Of a stretch of 64,000 nucleotides of DNA, positions 51,183 through 64,000 are shown piece after piece. Origin of the DNA: Paraspadella gotoi (Eukaryota > Animalia > Chaetognatha). Positions within the stretch are counted from its first letter, which is position 1. Each line of letters begins with the position of its first letter. Location of the stretch: assembly GCA_051294375.1 (NCBI GenBank), contig CM119269.1, forward strand, positions 14,056,552 to 14,120,551, written 5' to 3'. The translations under genes were made by a program, and so were the position numbers. The notes under the pieces were generated by a model. The model was not told the DNA's origin. It worked only from the letters and a program-made list of their open reading frames with translations, and ran no database searches.

Positions 51183-51898
51183 ATGGATAAAGCAAAGGTT
51201 TTTGTGTATGGGACTTTAAAACGGGGAGGGCCGAATCATCACGTTTTCAAATCGAGGGAAAATGCAACCGCGGTTTTTCGTTGCGCCGCGATTACCACAT
51301 CTAAGTGAGATTATTTCTTTCTATCATTTCTCTTTAATTTTACAACAAACGCAAGGAATTCTATATTGAATGTGAATAGTGAATACTACACCGAATGTGT
51401 TTTTTTAGATGGCCATTAGTCGTGGCGACGCGATATAACGTTCCTTTTTTGTTGACGGCGGAAGGTCAAGGTCATCACGTACACGGAGAGGTTTACGACG
51501 TCGATCAAAGTTAGATGCTGCCACAAAATTTTAATTTTAATTCCATTATTGCTATAAATTTTTTCCGCGCTCCCGAACCAGTTGCGCTGGCATCGCTCGA
51601 TGAGTTAGAGGGTCATCCAAATTACTATGAACGCACGAAGATCAGGGTGAAGTCGATTCCTGATACGCTCTCCGGGGATGTCACCGGCGAATCGGCGGAA
51701 GACTCGCCTACGGACCACTTCGAGGTCTGGTGCTACGTCCTTCGACGTTTCCGTCCAGAACTCTTGAAAAATCCTTTCTTTTCCAATTACGAGTTTCAAT
51801 CACCGGATTACCCGGATTACGTTCCTGGCCACCAGAGGCTCTTCGAGGTTGGTGAAGATTACAAAAAGGACGTCCTCATTGATATGAACATGGAATAA
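51183..51898 (+). CDS. GGACT: Gamma-glutamylaminecyclotransferase (AIG2-like), 3 exons
   Basis: VFVYGTLKRGGPNHH, WPLVVATRYNVPFLL, VHGEVYDVD, LDELEGHPNYYER, CYVLRRFRPELL..PFFSNY. Confidence 0.9.
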
Positions 51899-52279
51899 CT
51901 GCTTGACAGTTTCCTTTCGATTAGTGATTGGCATTACAGATTTATGCTTGAGTAATGATTATTGGTTATGGGAATCATTTATGAAAAAAATCTCTGAGAA
52001 ATCGTCTTGGATTTTATAAATATGAGCTTACATTTTTGTTGTGGTTTTCTTTTAGAATCTCATTTATACATTTCTACATCTATTAAGTCAAATTTTTCAA
52101 GTTTTATGATGTCTCGATTAATTAGATTCTAGTCATTTATACTGTACTTACATAGTTTTAATTAATACGGGTGGATTGTCGCGCTTATGCTTTTTTAATT
52201 AGTTTAAATAATTCTCTTTTTTTGGCTTTTAGTATTAATACTTGGAACGATTTTTCAACATGAACAATTTGTGAAAACA

Positions 52280-53420
52280 ATGATTCGAAGTTTGACTGCG
52301 CGACTATTGTTCGTAAACTCGGTCTCAATCGAAGCGGCCGGGCGAATTTCCACGAACATCGCGCTGATACTCTCGTCTCCGGTCATTTGGAGTCACTCTC
52401 GGCATCGTCTCTCTTTGGTTCGTCTGTCAAGGGCCGGATTGACTACGCAAAACTTCAACGTTAAGTCAAAGAAGGAAGCGTCAGCAGCCATCAAGAAGCG
52501 AAAGAAGGATGGGGTGCGAGCCGCATGCGAATCTTCTATTAGGACTTTTTTTATAAAAACACATTATTGGAGTTGAGCTTCTAAAAAATTATAAACCGAG
52601 CTGTTTATTTTGATATTTGAGGTTCCTGATGAATACGAGTTGATCGCCTCCGTTGACCTCGCAATGCAAACATTCGTCCCACTTGCCAATTACGGCCTTG
52701 CCGTTGCTAGGTTAGCTGTTCGTACAACGTTCGCTGCAAATGTAAATCTTAGCTATTTTTGATCCCGATATACAGCTGCCTCGTCATTCCAAAGGCCCTG
52801 TACGTCTTATACCAATTCTACTCAGATCTTCAGCCCAATCAAAGTTGGACATATTTGCCATACTTATCAGAGGAAACCTGGGTGGTATTTCTCAGTTCCA
52901 TGGCTTATATCGTTATTTTTACTGGTCTTCGGATGGCTTTTCGACGATATATGCTCAGGTTGTTGTTGGGGGGCAGAATAAGAGAGCGAGCTGAGACGAA
53001 AATTTCGAAGCGGCGACGAGTTTTTCAGAATGGAAGCTTTAGGTTTAGCCGAGTTCTTTACGTGTAAACCTCACATTTTTGTGGGTTTTTTTATATTTAT
53101 GGGGGAAAGGGAACGGGGCTGAAGCACTTCTAATCTTTTCCACAGGCTCTCACGACCTTCCCTACCCTTTTTACAGGCTCTACATGAATCGAACGACTGA
53201 GAATTACTGTGCCCTTTATCAAGGATTTTTCAGAAAAGAACGCCAATACTTCACCGCCGATCATGTGCGCGTGCGGCCGTCGCGCGGAAAGTTTGATTTC
53301 GCTAACATTTACCTCGGCGGACGTCCGACCGCCCTTGACTTTCATGACTTCAAGCACTTCAGCGACTACACGACGATGATTAGAAAAGCCATCAAGTCAG
53401 ACGAAGGCTTTGACGTTTGA
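52280..53420 (+). CDS. Probable mitochondrial two-TM protein, TMEM70/TMEM186/TMEM223-like (paralogue 1)
   Basis: Four in-phase exons: Arg/Ser-rich presequence-like N-terminus, KKDG|VPDEYELIA, two hydrophobic segments, RRYMLR|LYMNRTTENYCALYQGFF...DFHDFKHFSDYTTM. The family call is an inference from architecture. Confidence 0.55.
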
Positions 53421-53666
53421 TTTTGGAAACCGATCGACCGCCCGGATTGGAGATTTCATATTTTATTTGTCTTATATGATCTCGCACTCCGAATCTTGTT
53501 TCCCAGACGAAACCATCTTTTCGTTTTTGCTTTATTTGTTGAATTTTAAAAAGAGGGCTTCTGCCGGAGGAAGACGAACAAGTGGCAACGAATTCATATT
53601 CAAATTTAACTTTTTGACTCGGCAATGAAACAAATAATCCCTTGACGAATATTCTCATGAAAGACA

Positions 53667-54741
53667 ATGATGACGACGCGCTGGTTTCTTCGAACGCCCG
53701 CTCTCTTCGCGGGTCGATCTCCACTCGGAACAGTATCGTCCATCGGACACGTACGTTCGGTCTCTAGACAAGAGTTTCCTCGCGAAGAACCGGGGTTTCT
53801 TGCCAAACAGGCGCAGTTTCGACTTTATGATGGCGTTGCCCCCACGTACGACATCGTTTACCTCGTTCCTTTTTCTTGGTTAGTCTATGCGTTTGGCTTG
53901 AATTAGCTTCACATTTGTAACTTAACAAGGCCAAAGGTCCGGCCAATGTCGCGTACAATTGAATGACAAGACAATCTAGTAAATGTAGTAACAAGAACCA
54001 AAGAGCAACAGGAAATAAAACTGTAAAGCAAAATGAGGCACAAACCATAAATAAGGCACATAATAAAGTAAACGTAAAAGTAATAAAACCAAATATAAAT
54101 GTCTATGAAAAAGTCCATGAGTATGATGAACGGAGGCAGACGATCCTGAAGGATAGAAGGCATGAACGTAACCGTAACATATTTACTTAAGTATGAATGA
54201 TTATAGGTCGGCGATTTATTCTTCGATGGACGCGGCCACCGTCGGAATCGGCGTCTTGATGTTCGCACAAGCTCTCCCAAATATTCACTTCATTTTTCTA
54301 TTTGAATTGGTTGGTGTATTCGATTTTTTCCTTTTTTTTAATTTTTTTTATAAAAATAAGTATTTTTAAATGGTTTTTCAAACACCGCCAAAACCGCGGT
54401 CGGCGAAAGTAAAATTTAACAGGAAATTACTAGTATTTATTTCTCTGGGTACTTCCTATATTCAACTTTCGTGCTTCATTCCATCCCAGGGCCTTCTTGT
54501 CGTTTTTGTCCTTTTCGCCCGTCACAAAGTCTCCAAGGCATGCCTCCGCATTTACCACGATTTCGCAGCCGACAACTTTGTCGCCGTATTTCCCGGATTC
54601 TTTGCCCGACGCCGCATCGTGGCTTTCTCTAAGGGCGAATTGAAACTTGTCGACGGAGTTTTCCGACTTAGCGACCGGCGATTTCATTGCCGACGTAGAT
54701 TTTTCAAGTCCAACGAACACCTCATCGCTATGTTGGAATAA
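53667..54741 (+). CDS. Probable mitochondrial two-TM protein, TMEM70/TMEM186/TMEM223-like (paralogue 2)
   Basis: Three in-phase exons (53667-53878, 54207-~54309, 54490-54741): presequence-like start, YDGVAPTYDIVY, two hydrophobic segments, KACLRIYHDFAADNFVAVFPGFF...FFKSNEHLIAMLE*. Confidence 0.55.
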
Positions 54742-55021
54742 TACACATTACAACCCGTACTCCGTTTTCATACTGTTGCTCATTTTTCCAGGTTTTCTAA
54801 CCTCTTCGCTCTACGTCTATGACGACAAACTATTCCTCATTTCGCCAACGTTAGGAATCAATTTTAGAACAATTTGTTTATTTTCCGCATTTTTTTTTAA
54901 AGAAAAAAAGCTTAGAAGTGCAATAACCATAATAAGATAATAAGCGTATGTGACTATGTCGTTTTCAAACGTCGTCCCGTCGACGTTCGGAGATTTCCGG
55001 TGAGATGGGACAACCACGACC

Positions 55022-56763
55022 ATGCCGGATGTGACCGATAAGGCCAACGGTTCGTCGGCGCTCGGAAAGGATGAAGGTGGCGGCTTGGCGCATTCCCAAT
55101 TCCGTTTGTACTCTTCTTCTAACGGGTCCGAGCCCGGAAGATCCGACATGACTCCAACGCCGTCCTTGTCAACGTCGACGCATCAGAGCATCTATAAGCG
55201 TCTGACCGACATTTACGCGGAGGAAGTTCGCAAATGCCAGCCTGACAGGTATGTGGTGGTCGAGATTTTTTGGAATTGTGACTGTCGCTTTAGCAAAATA
55301 TCGATTGTAAATCTTTTTTTTTCTTTTTACCTTCAAATTTTAAACCTGCCAATTTTTTTTTGTTGACGAAATCTTATTCCTCGCACGCAAGTATGAGTTT
55401 TTTCCCACCAAGTAGTTTGTTTTTGTTTTATTACGTTTTTTTACGCGACGATTTAAGCCGAATAGTGTTCGCTGTACCGGTCTTTTACATCCTCTCATTT
55501 TTAGATCTAGCTCGGAACTGTTGCTCGGGTGGGCCTCCGGATTCATCAACATCTGCGTCACCTTTCCCCTCAACAAGATGATCTTTCGCCAGCAACTCCA
55601 CGGCGTGACCGTTAAGGGCGCTGTCAGTCAGCTGATAGGCGAGGGTGGCGCCAATCTCTACCGGGGCGTCCTTCCGCCGCTGATCCAAAAGACCGGTAGT
55701 GTCGCCATCATGTTTGGCTCCTTCGACAAGATTAAAAACTCAGTGTCCGAAAAGGGGGTAAGGGTTGGATGATGTTCTACCGTCCTATCCTTTTTCTATC
55801 CTACCCTATCAATTCGCTAAAACATTCATTATAACAGATTCTCTCGTCCAGTCACCCAATCTCGACCATCGCGTGTTCCGCCGCACTGGCCGGTGAGTTA
55901 ATCTGTTAAAAGTAGGGAATCGACTACTACGTAGAAATACAAATATGTATTATGTATGTAATTAATTATGGATTAACAAATCCTATCGTCCCTTTCCCCT
56001 CGCTCAAGGCTGGTGCGAAGCGGTTCTCATGCCTTTCGAGAGAATACAAACTCTGCTTCAGGATTCCACACAAAGACGGCATTTTAAAAACACGACCGAC
56101 GCCTTCATGCGCTTGTCGGGTAGGCCTCATTGTGGGATTAATGGTCAAAAGATGAAAATTAACCAACTTTTTTTTTCTTTCCGTGGATCAGAGTACGGTT
56201 ACCGTGAGTATTATCGAGGGATGACGATCGTTCTGCTGAGAAATAGCCTGTCCAATATTTTCTTCTTTTCCATGAGAACGCCGATCAGTCTTTCAACTCA
56301 GGTCAGTCGTTCGCCAAAAGGAAAAAAAATCATCGCTATTTTCGTTTTTTTTTTGTTTTCTCGCTGCTGAAAAGAGACATGATTTGGGAATTTATCATTC
56401 CCATTTAATTGTCTTTGACTCAAAAAGGTTGTTTACCTGGTGCGTCTCCGCTTTCTTTTGTTTTAGGAACTAGGGGCGCCGAAGGCGTTGAGTGATTTCT
56501 GCAGCGGCGCGTTGCTCGGCGCCACCATCTCGACGATCATGTACCCGTTGAACACTTTAAAGACGCACATGCAAAAACACCTGGGCGGATCGTTTTTGGG
56601 CGTGCGAAGGACGTTTAGCCTCGTGCTTAATGAAAGAGGCGGGAAATATGGCGGACTGTTTCGCGGAGTGCAACTGAACTGCACCCGGGCTTTCATATCC
56701 TGGGGAATCATAAATATGTCCTACGAGTATTTGAAAAATGCGTTGGGATTGTCAAATTGCTGA
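55022..56763 (+). CDS. SLC25A51: Mitochondrial NAD+ carrier SLC25A51/MCART1
   Basis: GWASGFINICVTFPLNKMIFRQQLHG, LYRGVLPPLIQKT, EAVLMPFERIQTLLQD, YGYREYYRG..LLRNSLSN, DFCSGALLGATISTIMYPLN.LKTHMQ, RAFISWGIINMSYE. Confidence 0.93.
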
Positions 56764-57332
56764 TATTATTTTCCTACATTTTATTTTTTTATTAAATTCC
56801 GGTCCTTCCGATGAGATGTGCAAAGAAAAGGTTCTACCGAAATTTAAAACTCGGTTCGATATATATATGTGCGGTTAATTGTCGTGTTTAATTTAGATGG
56901 CTAGTCTGTAGAGATTGAATCAATATGAAGTTTTTTCGACTCAATCTGTCAGCGTGAAAGGCGTCTTTATATTTTATATTTAAATTTATATCATTATTTT
57001 TATTTGGGGACGGGTAATCTTCAATCTGGACTAGAAAGAAGAGCTGGGATGGATGAATTGGTTTCTAAAACTACTATCACATATTTGTTTCCCTCCCCCA
57101 TCTCTCCCTTTTAGCTCAATTAATATTTTAAAAGAACGCCTTCTCCGCCATTTTAATGATTTTTCGTCATAAAGCCTCGTTATTTTTTCGAAACCGTTTT
57201 TCACGTATACAGTCTCCGATTAAAAAAAAAAAAAATTCAGAAAAATGGCAAGCCTTTGAGTGGCGATCTCATTGATTCGAACTCGGAGATCTCTTCCTCG
57301 AGTAGACGCTCTCCAGCCTTGACCGCGTCTCC

Positions 57333-59252
57333 ATGGCGACCAGGACGCTTCGTAACGTCGCCAAGTCGCTAGAATGCGAAGTCTTCGTCCGCGTTTTCTT
57401 GCTCGTCATTTTTCTTGCGACGGAAGAGATGGATCCGTTCGTCAGGGTCGTTCGCAAAGTGAGAGAATGAATCCCATCGGTTTTAAATTTTAAGTATTTA
57501 CTTTTGGCTGAGATTTTGGTAATTGTGATCGCATTCTTTCGTCCATTTAGGAAGAGTTTTGGACTCTTGAGTACCCGACGACGGCTTCTTACTACCCCAC
57601 GTGGTTGTTGATAGTCGTTTCGTTTTCCCTGCCTCCAGTTTTCGTTTATTTTCTTTCCTTTTGTCGCGGAGAAAGAGACGAAGCCAATAAGGTAGATTTT
57701 GGTTACGCTGATATGAATCTAATTACATATTCATGATATTGTCATTCGAAACACGTCTTTAAAAATTAACCGACGCGATAAAGCCAAAAATTAGTTTCAT
57801 AATTGACATCTTTTCTTATTTTCATTTTCATTTTTCCAGGCTTGGTTGGCGGTGACGCTTTCGACCTTGTCGACAGCTACTTTGACGAACGTCTTGAAAA
57901 TTACGATTGGAAGACCCAGACCCGATTTTCTCAGCAGGTGAATTTCGTGGGTAAGTAAAACCCTAATATACTTATCATTTTCGGCATATATACATCAGAA
58001 TATAATAATTCCTTTCAAAAATGTTTTTTGTCAACCTATCACCCCAAAAAATTAATCCGCTTTAAATGCTATAAAATATGGCATCTTATGGTTCTACTTT
58101 CCGGTTAAAGGTGCTTTCCGAACGGAGTTCCCGATTCGCCGTTCGCTCCCGACGGATTTACGCTCCAGTGCCATGGCAACCCGAGTCGAATCCGAGAAGG
58201 TAATTTCTCCGAGTGAACTTTTTTTTTCCCCAAAAAATGTTCTCCGACCTTTTTCGATCCTTCCATCCTCTCAGGTCGAAAGTCATTTCCTTCTGGCCAT
58301 TCCGCCCTCACCTTCTCCTCCATCGGGTTCTTGACTTTCTATTTCGGGTACAAACTCGGCGTCAATCGTTCCCGGGGTCGCGGACAGGTTTCAAAATTTT
58401 AACTATTTTGCTTCGACAATTCGACGTCTTGTTCAAACCGATTCTTATCCCCTTCAGTCTATTCGCCTTTTCATCACTTCATTGCCTTTTGTCTTTTCAC
58501 TTCTCGTCGCGATATCTAGGACTTGTGATTATCATCATCACTGGCAAGACGTGACGGTGGGATCTGTTCTTGGTAAGGCACAGTAGCCCAATATACCGTT
58601 GACGTTTAGCCAAATAACGTGGGTAATTAATAAGTGGCAAAGTATTTGGTTGACAATAGTTTATTAATGACGGGTGATGACATAGGTAACGATGACACGA
58701 TAACAAAGGTTAAGACAAAGGTGATGACAATATTAAATGGTTCAATAATTATTTGAAGAAGAGTTCTTTCTTGAGTTTGGGTGTAGAGGTGAATGCCTAG
58801 AGTTCTCTTAGCAATTTTGACCATCAATCCCTCCGTCGGTTCCTCTGTCGGTCATTGGTCATTCTACGGTTGAAGTAAGGTCTGTGATTGGTCGTCATTC
58901 TGATGATTCGTGAAGGAGATGAGCAATCACATCACTAAGCCAACCAAGTCCGTTTATAGGTCCATTCCGTTGATGATACATAACGGTAAATCCTCTCGAT
59001 TTCATTTTTCATGGTCACTATTCAGGTTTTCTACTCGCCTACCTTTGCTACGCGCAGTACCTGGCCGACAAGGATCTTCTGCAATTGCCGCAGCAGCATC
59101 TTACCGAGACTGGCGAGTCTCGATCGATCGATCTGTCCCCGACGCAGACGAACAATTCCACTTGTCGGCGAGTCTCGCCCGCGATGAGACGGGATGAGCT
59201 TTCCCCCAAGAAAGGCTCCAAATCAGCGGAAAACTCGCCTTACTCAGTTTAA
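57333..59252 (+). CDS. PLPP5: Phospholipid phosphatase PLPP4/PLPP5 (PPAPDC1) family, 7 exons
   Basis: PAP2 catalytic motifs recovered by splicing: [47 protein letters not shown]; N-terminus [25 protein letters not shown]. Confidence 0.9.
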
Positions 59253-60200
59253 CAAACTTTTTATAATCGCGATTTCGTAAATCGCGTTACATTTTTAACA
59301 GAAACATTATGATAATTCCTCTGCTATTGCCATTGTTATTCTACAGTATGATTTTTCACAATTGTAACATTGCTTGTGCCCATATCTCAGAGTGCCTTCA
59401 CCCTAGAGACATAAATTATGGCTCATTTTGGAGCCCGCCGTCTGGCATTTTTACATCCATCAATTTTTATATAATTCTAATAAGTCTTTAGTATTAACTT
59501 TTAGGACTCAATGAACTCATCAAATTTGTCGATCAACTTTTGATATTTTTACTTTTAATGTTTCACGTAGTCACAACCAATCAACAATTAGTTCAATTTA
59601 AAAGATATAATATGCAAAATGTAGCATTTTGCCTGCTCTTCAATGTGGTGTAGATTTCATATTCGTTTAATGCTGAGGTGCTTAGTACCTTTTCAGAATA
59701 ATAATGAAAATTTTCAAATTTGACCTCCTTTTAATAGACATATCACTAAATAAGAAGACTCATTACAAATATGTTGTTTGTATTATATATCATATAAAAT
59801 GCCAAACCGAGACTTTGAAAACCGACTATCATTAATCTTTTTAAATTTTATGGTTGCATAGATATACTGTCACGAAATGTTACAAACGAGAAAAATCATA
59901 CTGTAATTAGACTAAATGTTTTTATCTTATCTCTTTAAAATTAGTCTTGTAGAAAATATTAAATATATGATTTAGCCCGCTCAGCCATTGAGTAGAGGCT
60001 AAGACGGACACCAGTAAGGCAGCTTTTAAGACATACTGCCACAGGATCCACGCACAGATTTCTCCCCAGGGTCATAAATCCTGAGATATCTGAGCGAAGG
60101 TGTTGATTGTTGATTGTTATTTTATTAGTTGGAGAATATATCATTCTCGATCTAAAACTTGTCCACAAATCCTCAAGTAAATGTAAAAAAATAGTGTAAA

Positions 60201-61167
60201 ATGGGCGATATTCAATTAAACCTCATGGTTGCTGCTTGCGAAGGCGGAGGAATCGGAAAGGACGGCCTTCTTCCCTGGAAACTTAAAAAGTGAGGCCTAC
60301 CGGATTTTTTCGAAATTAAAAAAAAATATCGTGTACCATAACATCATTTAGCGCTACTTCAAACTACACTTAGTCACTCGCACGCTCATAATTTCATATA
60401 TTCAGAGAGTGGGACTTTTTCCAACGCTCCACGACAAACACTCTCGATCCTAGCAAAACAAACGCAGTCATCTACGGACGCATTTGTTGGGATAAACGAG
60501 GCGGACCCATGCCGAACAGAACCAATGTCGTCCTCAGCCGCACCATGGATCGTTCTCCCGAAGGTGCGCTCCGTATTTATGAGTAACTTTGCTGAGTCAA
60601 AACTTGTTGAGGAAAAATCTACGGATACAGGGGCGATTTTGGCGCGGAGTTTGGACGCAGCGATCGAGATCCTGTCGAAGGCGCCTTTGAGGGATTCCAT
60701 CGAAACTGTTTGGGTCACTGGAGGAGAGGAGATTTACAGGGAGGCGATGCTGCATCCCTGCTGTTATCGAATTTACCTTAGTAAGGTACCTGACATTCAA
60801 CTTTAATTGGATGTTACGCTCACTGAACGAGTTATGAAGTTTGTCGAACCTTTTGGTCTGGAGAATCCTTAGTTCTGTACTCTTCAACGTTTTAGCGCCT
60901 TCATATGTAACATTAAATCCATCATAAAGTCCTAATTTCACGTTTCCAATCCAACAATGTGAAACGAGACGTGACCAACATCTCTGCCAATCATTCCCAA
61001 TCACACGACTCTAGATTTACGCCCACTTCGACTGCGACGTCTTCTTTCCTCCGATCGACGAACATCGATTCGAGATCGCCGTCGATCCTTCGGCTCCGCA
61101 GGGAATTCAACGCGACGGCGACGTCGAGTGGGAGCTTTTCGTTTGGCGTCGAAAGCCTAGCGGGTAG
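60201..61167 (+). CDS. DHFR: Dihydrofolate reductase (divergent), 4 exons
   Basis: LNLMVAACEGGGIGKDGLLPWKLKKEWDFF, NAVIYGRICW, PNRTNVVLSR, ARSLDAA, VWVTGGEEIYREAM, RIYLSKI..FDCDVFFP. Confidence 0.88.
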
Positions 61168-61565
61168 GTGGGCGATGAGAAAATGATTGCGACAGAGGAG
61201 AAATGTTCTGTGAATTGTGTGACCAAACGCACGCGAATCTCTTATACAACGTAGTTAGACTAACAATTTTCGGATCCGCTTTTTTATTATCATCTACTTT
61301 TGATTTTTGAAAAAGGTTTTTGCTGGTATTGTTTTTCATTATTATTTTTTACTTCTGCCGGTTCCGTTTTTATAGAAAACTTATTCGTTGCGTCTATTTT
61401 TTATGGTGGGAATTTTATTAACTTTATTCGGTTTTACAGAATTCGATTGTATACTATGTCTTGTGTTAAATGTTAAAACTTGATATCAAGCTGATTAAAC
61501 CGAGAGACTCGTTTGCATATACATTCGCCTCTAATCGATCCGTTTGACTCAACCAAGAAATTAAG

Positions 61566-62593
<1,028 letters not shown>

Positions 62594-64000
62594 CGGATCT
62601 TGATCTCGATCCACGATCGATCGCGCGCTTTTCCTTTTTGAGCTTTTCTCTCTTTCCACCATTTTTCCTATCTCGACTTATTCATAGTCATATACGCAGA
62701 AGAAGAAAATCAAAAAATACAAACGTGATTGAAGATTTTCGATTCTTTGTAAATGGAAACGAATTGCAGTTTTTTTCCATATTTTTTTTTGCTTAAACGG
62801 ATGAATGGGATCATCCATTAATTACGTAAAAATATTTTTTTTCTCTTCGTTTATCTTTTGTCTGATCAGGGCATCCGAGAGTGGCGCATTTTTTGTTCCA
62901 GTTGGATTTGGCAGTCTTTTCTTTTATATTAAGCACATCCATATTGCATACCATATTTCATCCCTCCACTGCCAATATACTGTCATTTTGCAAACATCGT
63001 GCATCATTATTTTTTTCTGCTCTCAATTCATGTTTGGCCTTTTTTTTTTTTTTGCCTTATCCAATCGAATTTTTTTTTGGAACAAGGTCATTTTGCTGAT
63101 GCACTGATCACGCTCCTTACAACAAAGTTTTTGGAAATGCCCTCTGGTAAATTTTAAATCTTTTTGAAACCTTTCATATCTTAAAATGTCCAGTTTTTCT
63201 GATTACGAACGGACTTATTTTTAATATGTACTCTCTCAAAGGTTTTCTATTGTAGTCGAACCATTTTAGATCCATTTCGTTCCTGTCCGCTTTTTATCCC
63301 ATTTGGTACGTGTCAACTTTAATCCGGCGATATGATCGCTCCTATATTTTTATCTAGTCAATTGTCTTTATTAAATATTTGACCGTTTAATTAATAAAAA
63401 AAATATTTGCAGTTTAACACGAAATTTATTTTTTGCTCATTTGGTGCACAGCTTTTTACAGGGATATTGGTAGATATTGCGAGCCCGTTTGTGTGACAAA
63501 ATTTCCTATTTGTAACAATTGATCGATTCCGATCAAATTTAATTGCGTTCAAATCGTTAATTTGTTCATCTTAGTTAGTTAAGACAAATCGTCTAAAGAC
63601 GTTATGACTTGACAATGATGCAAGAACTGAAATCTGTTTTGAGCTAAGATATATTTGTGGCGTATTTAGTTTCGAATTTAGTTGGCCGACTTGTCTTATT
63701 TGGAACTCGTAAGTTTTAATTATCAACAAACAAATAAATTGGCGACGAGGAGCAGAGTTAAAATATTTGTTTATATATGCGATTTTATTCGAATTCAACA
63801 AGGTTGATTCAGTACAATCATCATCAACAAACCGACTAAGTCTTAGCAAACGAAAACATAATAAAATAGAGAGAAAAACAAGTTAATTAAATAAAATTAA
63901 TACGTAAACAATTAAAAATTGTTCTCAAGTTTGAAAAAAACGGAACAAGTTTCTGAAGAACAGTATCTTTCATTGTATAAATCTTTGAGAAAGGGGTTTT

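Noticed and set aside
53925-53956. AACAAGGCCAAAGGTCCGGCCAATGTCGCGTAC resembling a Helentron-type 3' end
   Set aside because: No matching opposite terminus found in the intron; insufficient support.
62800-64000. ORFs 62805-63107 and 63571-63849, and a MITE-like terminus GGGATCATCCATTAATTACGT at ~62807
   Set aside because: AT-rich ORFs with no recognisable motifs, and no partner inverted terminus is visible within the window.

Overview
Eukaryotic, gene-dense DNA from a compact-genome animal with motile cilia. Exons are GC/CpG-rich, introns are short, AT-rich and GT-AG, (AG)n microsatellites are common, and there are three N-gaps. Splicing by hand gives about 19 distinct protein-coding loci. 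In order: first exon of a secreted protein, an uncharacterised coiled-coil-tail gene, RidA, a novel His/Cys-rich type I membrane protein and an intronless DENND1. Next is a tightly packed + strand ciliary run (EPSTI1-like, KIF17, ANKRD42, GAS8/DRC4, C22orf23/EVG1) headed by a single RFX X-box-like motif. Then a RhoGAP and Spire on the - strand, and a second + strand run (GGACT, two TMEM70/186/223-like paralogues, SLC25A51, PLPP4/5, a divergent DHFR, RCAN). A 9.2 kb tandem duplication (11530-20718 / 20729-29992) is full of 1-bp indels and is most likely an assembly artefact. Repeats include a 1.16 kb fold-back element with CAC...GTG ends, a 4-bp TSD and RSS-like termini, a Helentron/DINE-1-like element, intronic tandem repeats and a perfect 32-bp hairpin. 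The strongest leads are the possible X-box-driven ciliary operon, the His/Cys-rich membrane protein and the RSS-like fold-back element. Gene names come from my recognition of conserved motifs, not from database searches.
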